A stretch of 64,000 nt of DNA. It comes from Okamejei kenojei. Taxonomy: Eukaryota. Both the position numbers and the translations under genes were made by a program. Positions 35,901-50,163 of this stretch are shown here, one piece after another (position 1 is the first letter of the stretch; every line of letters begins with the position of its first letter). The DNA lies in assembly GCA_035221665.1 (NCBI GenBank), contig CM069155.1, positions 19,344,001 through 19,408,000 on the forward strand, written 5' to 3'. The notes below the pieces were generated by a model that ran no database searches, was not told the DNA's origin, and saw nothing but the letters and a program-made list of their open reading frames with translations.

Positions 35901-37239
35901 TCAATGCCAGAGTGGAACCTACAACCACATTGTGGGGGGGAAAAATAGAAGAAATACTCCCTCCATTGGATAATAAATGCTCTCATACAGAAGTAGTTAG
36001 ACAATCCCAAATTTCACCAAAGAGATGTGCACAATGAACAATTAGATCAGTGATCCAAAGGTCGTGCATGCAAACATTTACTAATCAGATATTGATACTG
36101 AACACATGAAAGCTTGTGTTGCAAGGACGTAAATGTACTAGATCATTTGGCTCCTTGCCTGCTATTCAATGCAAGTTTATAGTCATATACACGAGTATGG
36201 AGAAGTACAGGTACAGTGAAATATCAATAAAATCTAGGCTGATTTATTTTACCTCCATTACTTTCCTGTACCAAATTCATAACCAATGTACCACAATTCA
36301 CTTAATTGAGTAAAATATATATTTGTCCATTCTCAATATTCTAACCTTCACAGTCAGGTAGAGAAGGGGTAGAGAATTCCAAAGTTTCAGTACTCTAGAA
36401 GAAAAATCCCTAACCTCTGCCTTGAATGAGCACTCTTATTTTCAGATTGTAACTCCTTGTTCTCAAAACATCAGCCACAGGAAACATTATCCTTCAGCTC
36501 ATAATAATTTGTGAATCATGTTGCTGCTGACTCAATCCCTTCAGTTCTGAAGATCATACCACCTGTCATGTCCAGGAATAATCTTTTTCTGTACTGAATT
36601 AGTTTCACTAAATTTCTCTAGAATACAAAAATGCACACTCCCATTTCCTGATGGAATTCCATAACCTGATTCAGATGAAATGCAAGAGCAACCCTTGGTG
36701 GCCTTTATAAAAGCAGGAAAGCATTTGATCTGCATTTTAAAACTGCTGCGATGGAAACCATGAATGGAAAAATATAGGCAATGCTCAGTTTATCACAAGG
36801 AGAAGTGCAGAGCCGATTCAGTCAGTAATTAAAGTCCAAATATTGAGTATTGTAGGTCTGTTATGTGAGTACTGTTAGATCTGTTATAGTTGCTTTCCTA
36901 AGAAACATCGCATTATAGAAAATCACATGGTAAAACCAATTGTATCAAAGAGAAATGGGGTGGGGGGGGGGGGGGCTTGGGGCTTAAGAGTTTCAGATTC
37001 GTAATAAGTTATTTTCCTGTATGACTTTCAAAACTAAAGGTAGTTTTGTTAATGCAAGCTAAAAATATTAAAGGTATTGTTTAATGGGAGCATCATCGCA
37101 CAGCTATCAACAGAAACCATTTCTCATCAATTTCCAGTGTCCTTACCTGATGAAACTAGCAGCTGTGTTCTTAAGTGAAAATTGTGCATGATTACTGCTG
37201 TAAGTACACACACTTTCAAGTGATTCTCTAGTTCTTTGG

Positions 37240-37500
37240 GGGCAGCAGTGGCATAGCGATAGAGTTGCTGCCTTACAGCACCAATGAGCCTGGTTCGATC
37301 CCGACTATGGACGCTGTCTGGACGGGGTTTTACATTCCCCATGATCACGTGGGTCTTTTTCCTGGGTGCTCCAGTTTCCTCCCACATCCCGAAATCTATT
37401 GGCTTTAGTAAATAGTCCAAGTGTGTAGGGTAAAACTAGTGTATGGGTAACTGCTGTTCGCCGAAGACTTGTGTGCCGTGGGCCTGTTTCCATACAGAAC
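37240..37500 (+). mobile_element. tRNA-derived SINE (HE1-like)
   Basis: GGTTCGATCC B-box, GTTTCCTCCCACAT core, GGGCCTGTTTCC tail. Confidence 0.8.
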
Positions 37501-38466
37501 CTCTAAACTAAATCAAAACTATCTTGGATAGACTCAAAATGCTGGAGCAACTTAGCGGGACAGTCTGCATCTCTGGACAGAAGGAATGGGGGAGGCTTCG
37601 GGTCGAGACCCTTCCTCAGGCTAGAGTCAGGGGAAAGGGAAACGAGAGACAGAGACAGTGAAGTAGAGAGGTATAGAACAAATGAATGAAAGATATGCAA
37701 AAAAGTAAAGATAAAGGAAACAGGCCATTGTTTTTAGCTGTTTGCTAGGTGCGAACGAGAAGCTGGTGCGACCTGGGTGGGGAGGGATGGAGATAGAATG
37801 CAGGGGTTACTTGAAGTTAGAGAATTTGGCTCACATAATAGTGTTTCCTAATATCAACCTCAAAGGAAAAATAAAGGAAATCAGGTGTAATAGGTAGGAC
37901 AATTTGGATTGAGGCTTGTTTGGATTTATTCTGAACAAGGGAACTTGATATGTGTAATTCTGTAAACAAAGTAAATCCATTAACTATTCCAGAATAGTGC
38001 CATGAACCAGTACTGGAATGACTGCCTCAGTATTTAGAAGAGGCTTAAATTTCATTCAACTGAATATTTGACAATTCCAATTATCAGACGCTTTGGTTTT
38101 CAACACATGCTATCAGTAGGTCTCCTGACCATGCAAAGGGGAAAAACATAATTTCATGGTCATAGTCTAAAGACTCAATGTTGTAAACTTCCTGGGGAGG
38201 GCAATCCTGGCATGCAACTAGTCAACTAAACTGTTGACATTATGAAAATAACCACTGAAACAATGAAATCTAAACAATCTAAAACAATGAACAAGTTAAC
38301 AAAAACAAAATGTAAGATCCAAGGGGATCAGTCATGAAGATTTCAACAAAATATTATTAAATTATCCAATGGTGAGTGGCTGACCTGCTGAGTTACTGCA
38401 GCAGTGTATTTTGCTGTAGACAGTGCAAATTGCACCTTGTGTACATGGGTTTGACGGAGAATCAAG

Positions 38467-38612
38467 GTGGAGGAGAGGGTGGGGGGAGAGATAGAGGGAG
38501 ATAGAGGGAGATGGAGGGCGAGGGGGAGGGCGAGGGGCAGGGCGAGGGGCAGGGCGAGGGCAGGGCGAGGGGGGGCGAGGGCAGGGCGAGAGCGTGGGGG
38601 AGAGCGTGGGGG
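38467..38612 (+). repeat. purine-rich GGGCGAGGG(G)CA tandem repeat
   Basis: repeated 10-11-nt units with G-runs. Confidence 0.85.
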
Positions 38613-40631
38613 ACCAGTTAATAAGTGGGGTAGTGTGATAGTGGGGTTGTTCTAAGGCTAGAATGGACATAATGGCCAAATGTCGTGATAAATGTGGTAA
38701 CAATAAGGAAATTAAAACACCAGAATTTGCAGAGAACTCAAGCTATCGGGAGCTGTATAATTATAAAAGAAAGCAATGAGCTGCTTTTTAAATAAGAAAT
38801 CAGAATGTGTGCCATTTTGCAAAAGCAGCCAAACATCAATGAGCCGATAATTCACTGCCAATTCTGAGGGACTATTATTTCAGTTGTTTTCATGAATGAT
38901 TCCCTTCCACTGAATATATTCTACTAATGCACCAATTCAGATTCAAAATAGTACAGCAGCACATTGTCCTTATACAATAAGCACATAATACTTTACTAAA
39001 TCTGTTAGGGTTTGGTTTGGTTAATTTTCATTTGGCTTGGTTAATTTGTTTCCAATTTGCTAAATGGTGATCTTCAGGAAGTGTTATTTGTGCAATTAGT
39101 TTCATTACAACACCCTTTTCACAAAATGCAGAATATAATCAAAATACCATAGGGGATTTCCTTGCCTCAATATTTAGTATCCTTACAGCAAAGGTCGAGT
39201 CCTACAACAGCTTTTTGCAAGCAATCCTTGTGAACTTTCCCCCCCATAATATACAAATGCTTTCTCTCAAATATCAAAGTTTGCTCTGTCCATTAAAATT
39301 GTAAGTTAAAATGTGCACACATTAGAAAAATAAAAGCAAGCTCTGCAAATAATTCTCATACATGCAAATGCAATTAATTTATCAATACGCAGCAACAATG
39401 AACCCATGGTTCACCATGGACATGGAAATGGGAAACACAAGAAATTGTGTAAAGAACATGAGGTGACATCCACACTTCAATTTTATTCAATTTGGCTAAG
39501 TGGATTGACAGATTTTTGATTAGTAAGGGTGTCAGGGGTTGTGGGTCAAAGGCAGGAGAACGTGGTTGAGAGAGAAAGATAGATCAACAATGATTGAATG
39601 GCAGAGTAAACTTGAGGGCAGAATACCCTTAATTCTGCTCCAAAAACTTATGAAATTGTAAAAGTGCCACTAAGATTGTTTAGCGAGGTCATCGTAATGA
39701 AATTGTTGCAAGAATGCAACTTTAATGGAGCCTCATTTCCATGGAAATAAGCTGAAAATCAGTACTCGCAAACAAAATTAAAACAAAATATTGTACACAA
39801 TTTCCTATTAAAAAAAGCCCTTTAGAAACCCTGTGAAGTGAAATGTAGAACCAGTGAAGTCTTTTTAGTTGTATAAACCAGAAATTCTCCATTCATTTAC
39901 AGCAATTTATAGAGTGCTTGGTATTTGTAAGGCATAACCTACTCAAAAGTATAATTTTTAGATTACATACAATGCCACAAAGATACTAATTTAGAGATTT
40001 CTTAGAATGAAAATGATGCTTCTGTTCTCCTACCAAATTTAATGCTTACCAGGGAATGAAACAATCTTTCTTGAATTTAAACATAATTTGACAAAAGCCT
40101 GACTATGACTTATTCATCCTACTCTCATTTAAGAGGTACAATGTCAGTTCAAGATTTTTTTAAATATTGCTGAATCATTGGCTAGGAATAACTGAGTTTA
40201 TCGAGCTCACAAATTTAATCCAATCACAAAAAGCTTTTTAAAATACAAGCTACATAGCATGTTATCATCATCTAATTGTGCAAAGATTATTATCTTCATC
40301 TGCAAAATTGATTAAGACAATGCATACAAGTATTCATAGAAGACTGCTCTATTTTTCAGCTATATTCAGAGTTCAAGAAAGCTTTGCACCACTTGCTGAA
40401 GTAAAAGGCACATAAGTCAAGAGTAGAAGTGAATTTTTCATGGAGCAACTAATGATTTTTTTCCCCACTAGTTTAAGGATCACTTGGATTGAACATGCAA
40501 TATTTTCTAAGATTTACTGCCACTATAAAGCAGTTTATAAGCAGATGTTAAGCTCAGAATCAGTTTGATAACAAAAAAGGGAGAGCGTTAACATACGCAC
40601 ACATTATAAAACAAAAGTAAAACAGAATTAC

Positions 40632-40646
40632 CTGTTTCAGATGGAA
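40632..40646 (-). CDS. ATXN2: candidate 15-nt in-frame microexon adding VPSET
   Basis: long polypyrimidine tract + TAG, TTCCATCTGAAACAG, GTAATT donor; phase 1-1 fits flanking exons, no stop. Confidence 0.7.
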
Positions 40647-41439
40647 CTATAGAGATCAGAAAGAGAAGGTGGAAAAAAGAAACAATATCAGTAAACCAAA
40701 TATGTATTTAGGATCAAGATGATCAATCAGCTATCGGGTTTAAAAAACAGCAACATTTGCTTGTTAAAAAACACTCTGTGGTGTAATTACTGACTTATTG
40801 TGGGAAATTACCATGCATGGAACATATTTTAAATTATTATTTTACTATCACTTTTACAGCAGTTAACACAGCGCTAGAAAACAGAGCATCTACTTCTTGA
40901 TAGTCTTCTCAGTGCAGAAAATATCGGATGGGGAGGACGTTTCTGAGAAAGGAACAAAAAGTCTGTAGGTAGACGAATTCAGGAGCACATCGATTCCAAC
41001 ACATTGTCTGCATAAGTGACTGAGGATCATCCATTTTTGCATGAAATAAACCAAAGTCTATCATGTTAATTCACAATAGGTTTTATAGATTTTATTTTCG
41101 GTTGAAGCAGAAGAAAGCCCTCACTTTATGAAAACTATGAGCATGAGCCATCACCATATTGAATGGCGGTGCAGGCTCGAAGGGCCGAATGGCCTACTCC
41201 TGCACCTATTTTCTATGTTTCTATCTTCCATACTTGGTCTAACCAGTTTCAGGATGCAGTAGCATATTTCCACTCAGATCTAGGTGCTCACACAAACATT
41301 GGCCTGGATATTGTTGGCAAATTCCTAGAGTTCTGAACAGAACCACCAGCTTATGTGACAATCAAGTCTTCTGCAGAGAAATGTGGAAATTTCTAACTTA
41401 CTTTAGCAACAGGTGAAATTTCAGAAGACTTACAGCCAG

Positions 41440-42320
41440 GATAGCTAATGTTGTTTAAAGGGGCAGCAAGGAAAGAAAGCACAGAACGACAGGTCAGTGA
41501 GTCTTGGTGTGTAAATTACTGGAGGGGATTCTGTGGGACAGAATCTAACAGCATTAGGATAGACAAGGACAGGTTAGGGATAGTCACCATGGATTTGTGT
41601 ACAGGAAATTGTGCCACAAATCTGCCGACTTTGAAAAAAAAACGAGTTAATCAAGAGGATTGATTACATCCCACATGGTAAACTAGTCTGAAAGTTTAGC
41701 TTACATGGAATCTAGGGACTAGATAATTGGATACATAATTGGCTTGATGGTAGGAAGCAGATGACACTAAAGGCCAAGGAATGGCAAATGGCCTTCAATT
41801 TAGATGGGTGCGAAGTGTTGCATTTTGGAAAGTCAAATCAGGATAGGACTTTCACAGTGAACAGTAGGTCCCTGAGGAATGTTGTAGTAGAGAGGGACCT
41901 AGTACAAGTAGATATTTATCTGAAAAGATGCGTTCAACTGGAAAGAGTGCAAAGAGGTTTTATGGGAATGCTGCCAAGACTTGAAGGCCCAAGTTATAGA
42001 GAGTGGTTGGACAGACGAGGATCTTAGGATCGATAAGTGTAGGAGATGACATAGATAAGGTGAAAATAAACAGTCTTTTACCCAGGGAAGAGGAATCAAA
42101 AAAACGGTGGTGGGGGTAGGTTTATTGTGAGAGGGAAAAGATTTAAAAGGAATGCGAAGGGCGGTGGTGTGAGCTCAGAGAAAGTTGTTGAGGCAGGTAA
42201 AATAACAGCATTTATAAGGTACATCAACAGGAAAGTTTTACTGGCCCAATGTGGACCAATAAGACTAGTTGGGCATGTTGGTCTGCAAGGATGTTGAGCC
42301 AAAAGTGCCTGTTTCCGTAT
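41440..42320 (+). mobile_element. degenerate CR1 LINE
   Basis: WQMAFN..CEVLHFG, LERVQRGF..MLP motifs. Confidence 0.8.
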
Positions 42321-42649
42321 TGTATTACTACAAGTATAATAGACATGCCAGGGCACTGCCACAATAGGTCCAAGATTTAATTATACATTGCTTCTTCAAT
42401 CAATCATCTTCCTTCTATCATAAAATTATTCAGCCCAGTGTTCAGATAGATTAGTATTTCCACAGTTTATATCTGCTTAGTTTATGTCTGTGAGCACATC
42501 CAGGTTAATATCCAGGCTTGAGCTATTAACTAGAATTTATGCTGCACAAACACCAGATAATAACCACTTCCAAAGGGAGAGAAAATATGCACATTTGACC
42601 TCAACAGCACTTGTTCTGTCAAATTTCCACAATAAGCATCACAAAAAAA

Positions 42650-43920
42650 ATCAAAACATGGAAATAGGTCCTTCTGCCCAACTCTTCCATGCCAACCAAG
42701 ATGCCCCATCTATGGTAGTCCAATTTACCTGCATTTGACCCATATCCCTCTAACCATTCCTGTCCATATACCTTTCTAAATGTCTTTTAAATGCTGTTAT
42801 TGAACTTGCCTCAACGACTTCCTCTAACAACTTGTTCCATTTACCCACCATTCTCTTTGTGAAAACATTGCCTCTCAGGTTCCCATTTCCCCTCATCCTA
42901 TACCAATGCCCTTTAGATCTTGATTCTCCTGGGGGGAGAAAGACAGTGCATTTACTCAATCCCTTATAACAATCTCTTGTAACTTTCCTGCCACAGATAT
43001 TAAGTTTACTAGTCAATAATTCCCAGAATTTTCTTTGCAGCTCTTTTTAGATAGAGACACAACGTGAACTACTCTACAGTCTCCTGGCACCATACCATTC
43101 TAACAATGATATTTTGTAGCCAAAACTCCTGCAAATTCTTTTTGGCTTCAAGGACTTTGGATATATCTGATCAGGCCTAGAAAAGTTATCTACCTGCATA
43201 CGTCTCCGCACATGTAGCATCTCCTTGACTAATGTGGACTGTCCTCACAACATCTCCATGAATTCTCCCAAGTTCCCTTGTCTTCATTATTTTCTCCACA
43301 GCCAAAACAGAGTTGAGGACCATGCCCATCTCCTGTGGCTTTGTACATGGATGACCACTTTGGTTTCTGAAGGACCCTATTCTCTCTCTCTACTTACCCG
43401 CAAGAAACATAAAATCTCTTTGGATTCTCCTTAATCTGCCTTAGGTATCTCATGCCCCCTTTTTGCCCTTCTGATTTCCTTCTCTTCAAACCCCTATACT
43501 CCTCTGGGGATAGACTTGATTCTAGCCACCTATACCTGACCCAGCCTCCCTTTTCCTGATCAGAGCCACAGCTGTTCTCGTCATCCAAGGCTCCTTTCTT
43601 CCAGCTGCCTTGCCCTTCATTCTAACAGGACCATGCTTACCTTGAATTCTCACTTCACACTTTTAAAAGCCTCCCATTTTCTAGGCATCGCTTTGTTCGC
43701 GAACAACATACTCCAAACAATTTTGTAAGTTCCTGTCTAATACCCAAGTTGGCTTTTCCACAAGTTAGAACTTTAACTTATGGACCGGCCCGGTCCTTAT
43801 CCATAATTATTTTAAAGCTAATAGAACTGGGTCGCTGGTCCCAAAAGTCTTGCCCACTGATACTTCAGTCACTTGCATGTCCAATCCCATAAAAATAGGG
43901 AACAAGCTTTGCCCACTCCC
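42650..43920 (-). mobile_element. degenerate CR1 LINE
   Basis: IKENPKRFY, FTKRMVGKWNKL..VVEA motifs. Confidence 0.75.
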
Positions 43921-45310
43921 TTATAGGGCACCCTACGCATGTTGCTGCAATATTCAGATAGCTCAACGCCAAACAGAGCATGTATGTTGGAATGACACCA
44001 GGTCTTCCTAAACATACTGCAACTCCATCAATAGAGATTTGAGGTCGAGGTCCACCTAAAGATGCACTTCAGAAATTCATCAAGGTTTTATCAGCAACTC
44101 TACATAAGCTATATTGCATCCTTCCCCATCAAACCAATTTCAGCATGAATTTGTGGAATAAAATATTCCAAGTTTACAAAAATAAAAATTGCAAAACACG
44201 ATCATGATTGGCTTTAAAAAACACAATGGGAGGATATTAAAAAAATCATTTATATTATTTAATCTGTATTTATTTAACACCCAAACTCAAAATGCACTTT
44301 GCAAACCTGTTCCGAATACCAGATCAACAAATGAGACTTGATATATACACACTGTATTTGAATGCAGTTAAATAATCATATTTTTTGGCATAAGCATCAT
44401 CTTCTGATTAAGTTCCTCATGATCAAAACTAACCAAATTTAGTTTTGGTTAGTTTTGAAGGGTCTCGACCCGAAAAGTCGACAATTCCTTCTCTCCATAG
44501 ATGCTGCCTCACCCGCTGACTTTCCCTAGCATTTTCGATTTTACCAACATTCTACCTTCGATTTTATCAGCATCTGCAGTTCTTTCTTAAACTAATCAAA
44601 TTTATCATTTTTGCAATGCGGTAATTAAAAAAAATCCTGAATTTCAACTGCATAACTAACCACTACAAATCACAATTAATTAGATTTGCTGTTCACTGAC
44701 GAATAGAGAGTCTGTTGCTGTGGACCCATTCTCCCTAACCATAATTCATCCACGCATCCAATATCAAATTGTTTTTGAAATAAAAAAAGTGAAGCATACA
44801 AGTAAACTACTGTTTCAAAAAAGGTATTGTACAATCGAGTTTAAGAGCCAATATTTCCACAGAAAGAGCTTTGATGAAAATAAATAATTCACTCTGAGCT
44901 GTTCATTTTGCTTACCAATTAGGTTAATCTAAACCTCAAGAAAGCTTTAGCCTTACATGAGAATATCTGTACTATAAACATTTACAGGATATTAAATTTA
45001 TTTGTGCACTTTTATTAAAGTGTGGTCTTAATGGATTCAAACAATTTGGCAGCAGTCATATCTCTGAAGGCCAAACATTTATAAGCGTACCTATACTACA
45101 CTACATTCCACTCCAATGCATACTACAATGGATACCTAAATAATGTAAAATAGCAACTATTATTAAAAACACATTCCTGTAAAAACACCTTTAAAATGCT
45201 TTGTCACATACTGCGCGGCACTATATTGCAGATAGTCGAGTGGCTGTCACATCAAAATAGTGATAGCAAGATATAATACATACAAGCATTTCTATTTGAT
45301 AACTTGAAGC

Positions 45311-45423
45311 TGTGTGTGAGAGTGCGTGAAAGTGTGAGAGTGTGAGAGTGAGAGAATGTGAGTGAGAGTGAGAGTGTGTGTGTGTGAGAGTGTGAGTGTG
45401 AGTGTGAGTGTGTGTGTGTATGT
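45311..45423. repeat. (TG)/(GAGTGT) microsatellite
   Basis: visible simple repeat. Confidence 0.9.
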
Positions 45424-45821
45424 AAACACACAGGTAAAATCTGTGGTTTAATCATACATGTTTGAATTGATCTCTTTTCCCTTCCCCCCCTCCCCCCATT
45501 ATCCCCTCACCTACGATTAACATGGGCAATACTAATTGTCTTTTGGTTGCTACTAAAGGATAGCAAGGTTTGGAGATGATAAATGCACAAAAACAATGAA
45601 ACATGCCAAAAGAAATCTTATAGAATATGGAATAAATTAAGTTCAATTCCTACCATTTACCAGAGCTCAGATTACAAAATACCAATGCTCAATTTTGAGT
45701 TCCAGGAACCGTGTAACCCTTTAGAACCACAAATACTGAGATAAGTACAAAATATATCTGCCACAAGTTAGAATTGCCCTTGCATGCAACCATTTATCAA
45801 TTTCAGTGAAGGAACAAAGTA

Positions 45822-47452
45822 CATTGACAATAGACAATAGGTGCAGGAATAGGCCATTCGGCCCTTTGAGCCAGCACCATTCAATATGATTATGGTTGAT
45901 CATCCCCAAACAGTACCCCGTTCCTGCCTTCTCCCCATATCCCCTGACTCCGCTACCTTTAATAGCCCCATCTAGCTCTCTCTTGAAACTATCCAGAGAA
46001 CCAGCCTCCATCACCCTCTGAGGCAGAGAATTCCACAGACTCACAACTCTGTGTGAAAAAGTGTTTCCTCATCTCCGTTCTAAATGGCTTACCGCTTATT
46101 CTTAAACTGTGGCCCCTGGCTCTGCACTCCCCCAACATCAGGAACATGTTTCCTGCCTCTAGATTGTCCAAAACCGTAATAATCTTATGTTTCAATAAGA
46201 TTACCTCTCATCCTTCTAAACTTCAGAGTATACAAGCCCAGCCACTCCATTCTCTCAGCATATGACAGTCCCACCATCCCCGGAATTAACCTTGTAAACC
46301 ACTCCCTCAATAGCAAGAATGTCCTTCCTCAAATTAGGGGATCAAAACTGCATGCAATACTCCAGGTGTGGTCTCACTAGGGCCCTATACAACTGCAGAA
46401 GGACCCAATTTGCATACTCAACTCCTCTTGTTATGAAGGCCAACATGCCATGCGCTTTCTTCACTGCCTGCTGTACCTGCATGCTTACTTTCATTGATTG
46501 ATGTACAAGGACCCCCGATCCCGTTGTACTTCCCCTTTTCCAAACTTGACACAATTTAGATAATCTGCCTTCCTGTTTTTGCTACCAAAGTGGATAACCT
46601 CACATTTATCCACATTAAACTGCAACTGCCATGCATCTGCCCACTCACCCAACTTGTCCAAGTCACCCTGCATTCTCATAGCATCCTTTTCACAGTTCAC
46701 ACTGCCACTCTGCTTTGTGTCATCTGCAAGTTTGCTATGTTACTTTGAATCCCTTCATCTAAATCATTGATGTATATTGTAAATAGCTGCGGTCCCAGCA
46801 CCAAGCCTGGCTGTACCCCACCAGTCACTGCCTGCCATTCTGAAAGGAACCCGTTAATCCCTATTCCTGTCTGCCAACCAATTTTCTATCCATGTCAGCA
46901 CTCTACCCCCAATACCATGTGCCCTAATTTTGCCCACTAATCTCCTATGTGGGACCTTATCAAATGCTTTCTGAAAGTCCAGGTACACCACATCCACTGG
47001 CTCTCCCTTGTCCATTTTCCTAGTTACATCCTCAAAAAAATCCAGAAGATTAGTCAAGCATGATTTCCCCTTTGTAAATCCATGCTGACTCAGACCGATC
47101 CTGTTACTGCTATCCAAATGTGCCGCTGTACCCTGGGAGGCAGACCATCAGGCCCTGGGGATTTATCAGCCTTCAGTCCCATCAGTCCACCCAACACCAT
47201 TTTCTGCCTAATGTGGATTTCCTTCAGTTCCTCTGTCACCCCAGATCCTCTGGCCACGAGTACATCAGGAAGATTGTTTGTGTCCTGCTTAGTGAAGACG
47301 GATCCAAAGTACCTGTTCAACTCATCTGCCATGTCCTTGTTCCCCACGATAAATTCACCCTTTTCAGTCTTCAAAGGTCCAACTTTGGTCTTAACTAATT
47401 TTTTCCTCTTCACATACCTAAAGAAGCTTTTACTATCCTCCTTTATATTCTT
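45822..47452 (-). mobile_element. CR1 LINE ORF2 (RT) remnant with deletions and frameshifts
   Basis: KSPGPDG, QHGFTKGKSCLTNLLDFFE, VYLDFQKAFDKVPH, WQLQFNVDKCEVIHFG, RPHLEYC motifs. Confidence 0.95.
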
Positions 47453-50003
47453 ATAAATATCAATATTTAACTGCAATAGGCATGCCCCTGAAAACAATTT
47501 TGTTCGTTTTTGAATTTTACAATTCTTTGCCAGTTACTGTTGTTTCAAGACCAGGCAGAAGTCAGCTTGAGTTGAATAACCAGTACATTCATAGAATCAA
47601 TATGGAAACAATTGATGAGATTCATCAACGGACTACATATGGTCATACCACAAAACATAATGACCAGTGGGAGAAAATTTACTGGCTTCAGATGAAGCCA
47701 TATGGAAATCCAGGGAGTCCAGGGAGTCAGAAACAAATCAGAGTGTGCCAACTAGCATCTTAAGACTTTTTAATGTATCCCAATTCCAATGAAAGTCATC
47801 TGTTTTATCTCCAGAGATATTGCCCACGTATGTTAAGCATCGCTAACATTTTTGTGTTTCTTTAATCCCAGAAAAAGCTGCATCTTTTTCCAATTAAACC
47901 AACATGATCTTTCATGCAAATCAGCCTCAGCTTAATCATCCAAACACCAGCATCACCAATGATGAACCTATAACTCTTCAACTGAATGAGAGAACAGCAA
48001 CACTGAGTCAATAAACTAAGGGGGATAAACTTGAACTATTGAAAATAAAATGAGCAAGGACTAATATTTCATCCAGAAAATGGCCCTGAACCATCAAGAG
48101 ACTTAAATCTCTGATTAAAGCATCTGTCTGAATGACAAACCATTCTTCCTTTCCACATTCTGTACATAAGAGAATTCTCTCAATCTGTCACAAAATGTAA
48201 TTTCTAAGCATAACATTTCTGGAGATATCACATTCCAGCTGTACATCTAAAAGTGCATCTGGCAAGACCCTGTATGGAGGTTAGCAAGACGCAGTCCAGT
48301 AATTTGATAAAAGGAGAGAACACTAGAGGGGGGAAATAAAATGAGACCAACGACAACGTACAACTATACAGCATCTGTAACTTAAAAATCATTTCAAGCC
48401 AATACATAGGAGCAATATTTAAAAAAAAAAACAAAGTCACATAGGACTTGTTCAGAAGGGCAGGTTTTAAGGAACATCTTAAAAGGATGGGAAGGCAGAG
48501 AGATGGAGAACAATTCCAGAACTTTGGGTGCTCTTCAATGCTGGGACGAGAACAGGGCCAGAATCGGATGGTTCGAGGGGATGTGGAACTGAAGATAATG
48601 ATAAGAAAGACAAGAAAATGGAGGGATAGGAAAAGAAAGAAAAAAAATAGGTTAATGTTTGTCACTGAAGATGGGGCAATAAGTGTAGGGGAAATAATGC
48701 AGTGCTTTGGATGAACACATTTATAAATAGTAAAACAAATCAGACATTGTTTATTCAAAAGTATAAAAGCATGGACAACGGTTGTGATGCGACACAGGTC
48801 TTGGAAGGTGTTTTTATGAAGTGGCAGCAGAAAATTCAACTCAGGATTCAATTTGACACCAACACCCAAAATGATTGAATCAACTCCAGGTAGTCCACAG
48901 TAAGTCAATGGCCAAGAATCACAGCTTATGATAAGGACAGAAGACAATTGTTCAATAGTATAGTTGGAGGCTATTTTGGCACCGGTTATCGAGCAAAAAG
49001 CTCAACAATTTATTGGCAATTTGGAGTTCAAGACAGGTGTTAATTTGGTTTATGTTCACGTGTATCGAGGTAGTGAAAAGGTTTTGTTGTGTGCTAACCA
49101 GTCAGCAGAAAGATCATACATGTTTACAATCAAGCCGCCCACAGTGTACAGATACATGATAAAGGAAATAAACACATGGAGTGATTGCAAATCCACTTTT
49201 TGGACCAGCAAGCAGAGAATCACCTGGCTTGGACGCCACCTTGGGAAGGAGTCTGGAGACATGGCTGGTGGGTGAGAGGTAGAGATATTGGTTGGTGAGA
49301 TGAAACCGAGGGTCATCAGTATCTAAGAGAAAAATTACTACGCCTTTTTAGGTAAGATTATTAATGGGCAGTCTGCAGATGGGGGAAAAAAATCCAACAA
49401 GCAATCCTTGAGACACCAGAGGCACAAGCGCGAAACAATTCAAACCCATAGATAATGGCTGTCAATTAGATAGATGGGAATGGAACCAGAGTACATTGGA
49501 GGCACAATGAACTGCAGACGCTGGAACCTTGAGCAAAAAATTAAATGCTTGAGGAACTCAACAGACAAGCAGCATCTGTGGAAGGAAATGGACAGACAGT
49601 GTTTCAGGTCAAGACTGTTCTTCAGACTGATTGGGGTGGGGGAGAAGAGAAGGAAAGATGTGGGGTGGCTGTTTTTTTTGTCTCAAAATATTCCTACCCA
49701 GGTGGATTTGAATTTAAGCTTTATTAATTGTGTAACTACAACATGGATGTACTTCAACTATGCTTGAGTGGAACTTCTTTTAAATTTTTAGTGCTTAATG
49801 GGTTTTTTACAATTATTTGAGATCAGGGCGGATTACCAACAACACATTTCTTCACGATGGTAGGTCGTTTTGTAACCTAATCATAATGCACACTATTTCA
49901 ATTCTGACCCTCGTCCACAGCTATCCAGTTCAGCAAACATCAACAATCAATAATTATTAGATAACTTTCACATTGTTAAAAAGTAGTTTAAAAAAATCAA
50001 TAC

Positions 50004-50163
50004 CTCTTCTTGCATAATTTAAATCTACATCTTTAAAATGCAGCAATACAATATCTGCAGGTTTAAAAATGATACTTTCAACAATATCTTCACGTTTTGG
50101 GCCCACTTCTCGCGAGCTAGATTCTGATTTTTTTCGGTGAGCAGCGTCAAGCACCAAATCACA
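50004..50163 (-). CDS. ATXN2: ATXN2 exon, Lsm, CDLVLDAAHRK...KDVDLNYARR (160 nt)
   Basis: within ORF 49957..50202; CAG/GT boundaries, phase 0-1. Confidence 0.96.

Noticed and set aside
48228-48947. 239-aa minus-strand ORF
   Set aside because: low-information sequence in an old degraded repeat; no domain or splice support
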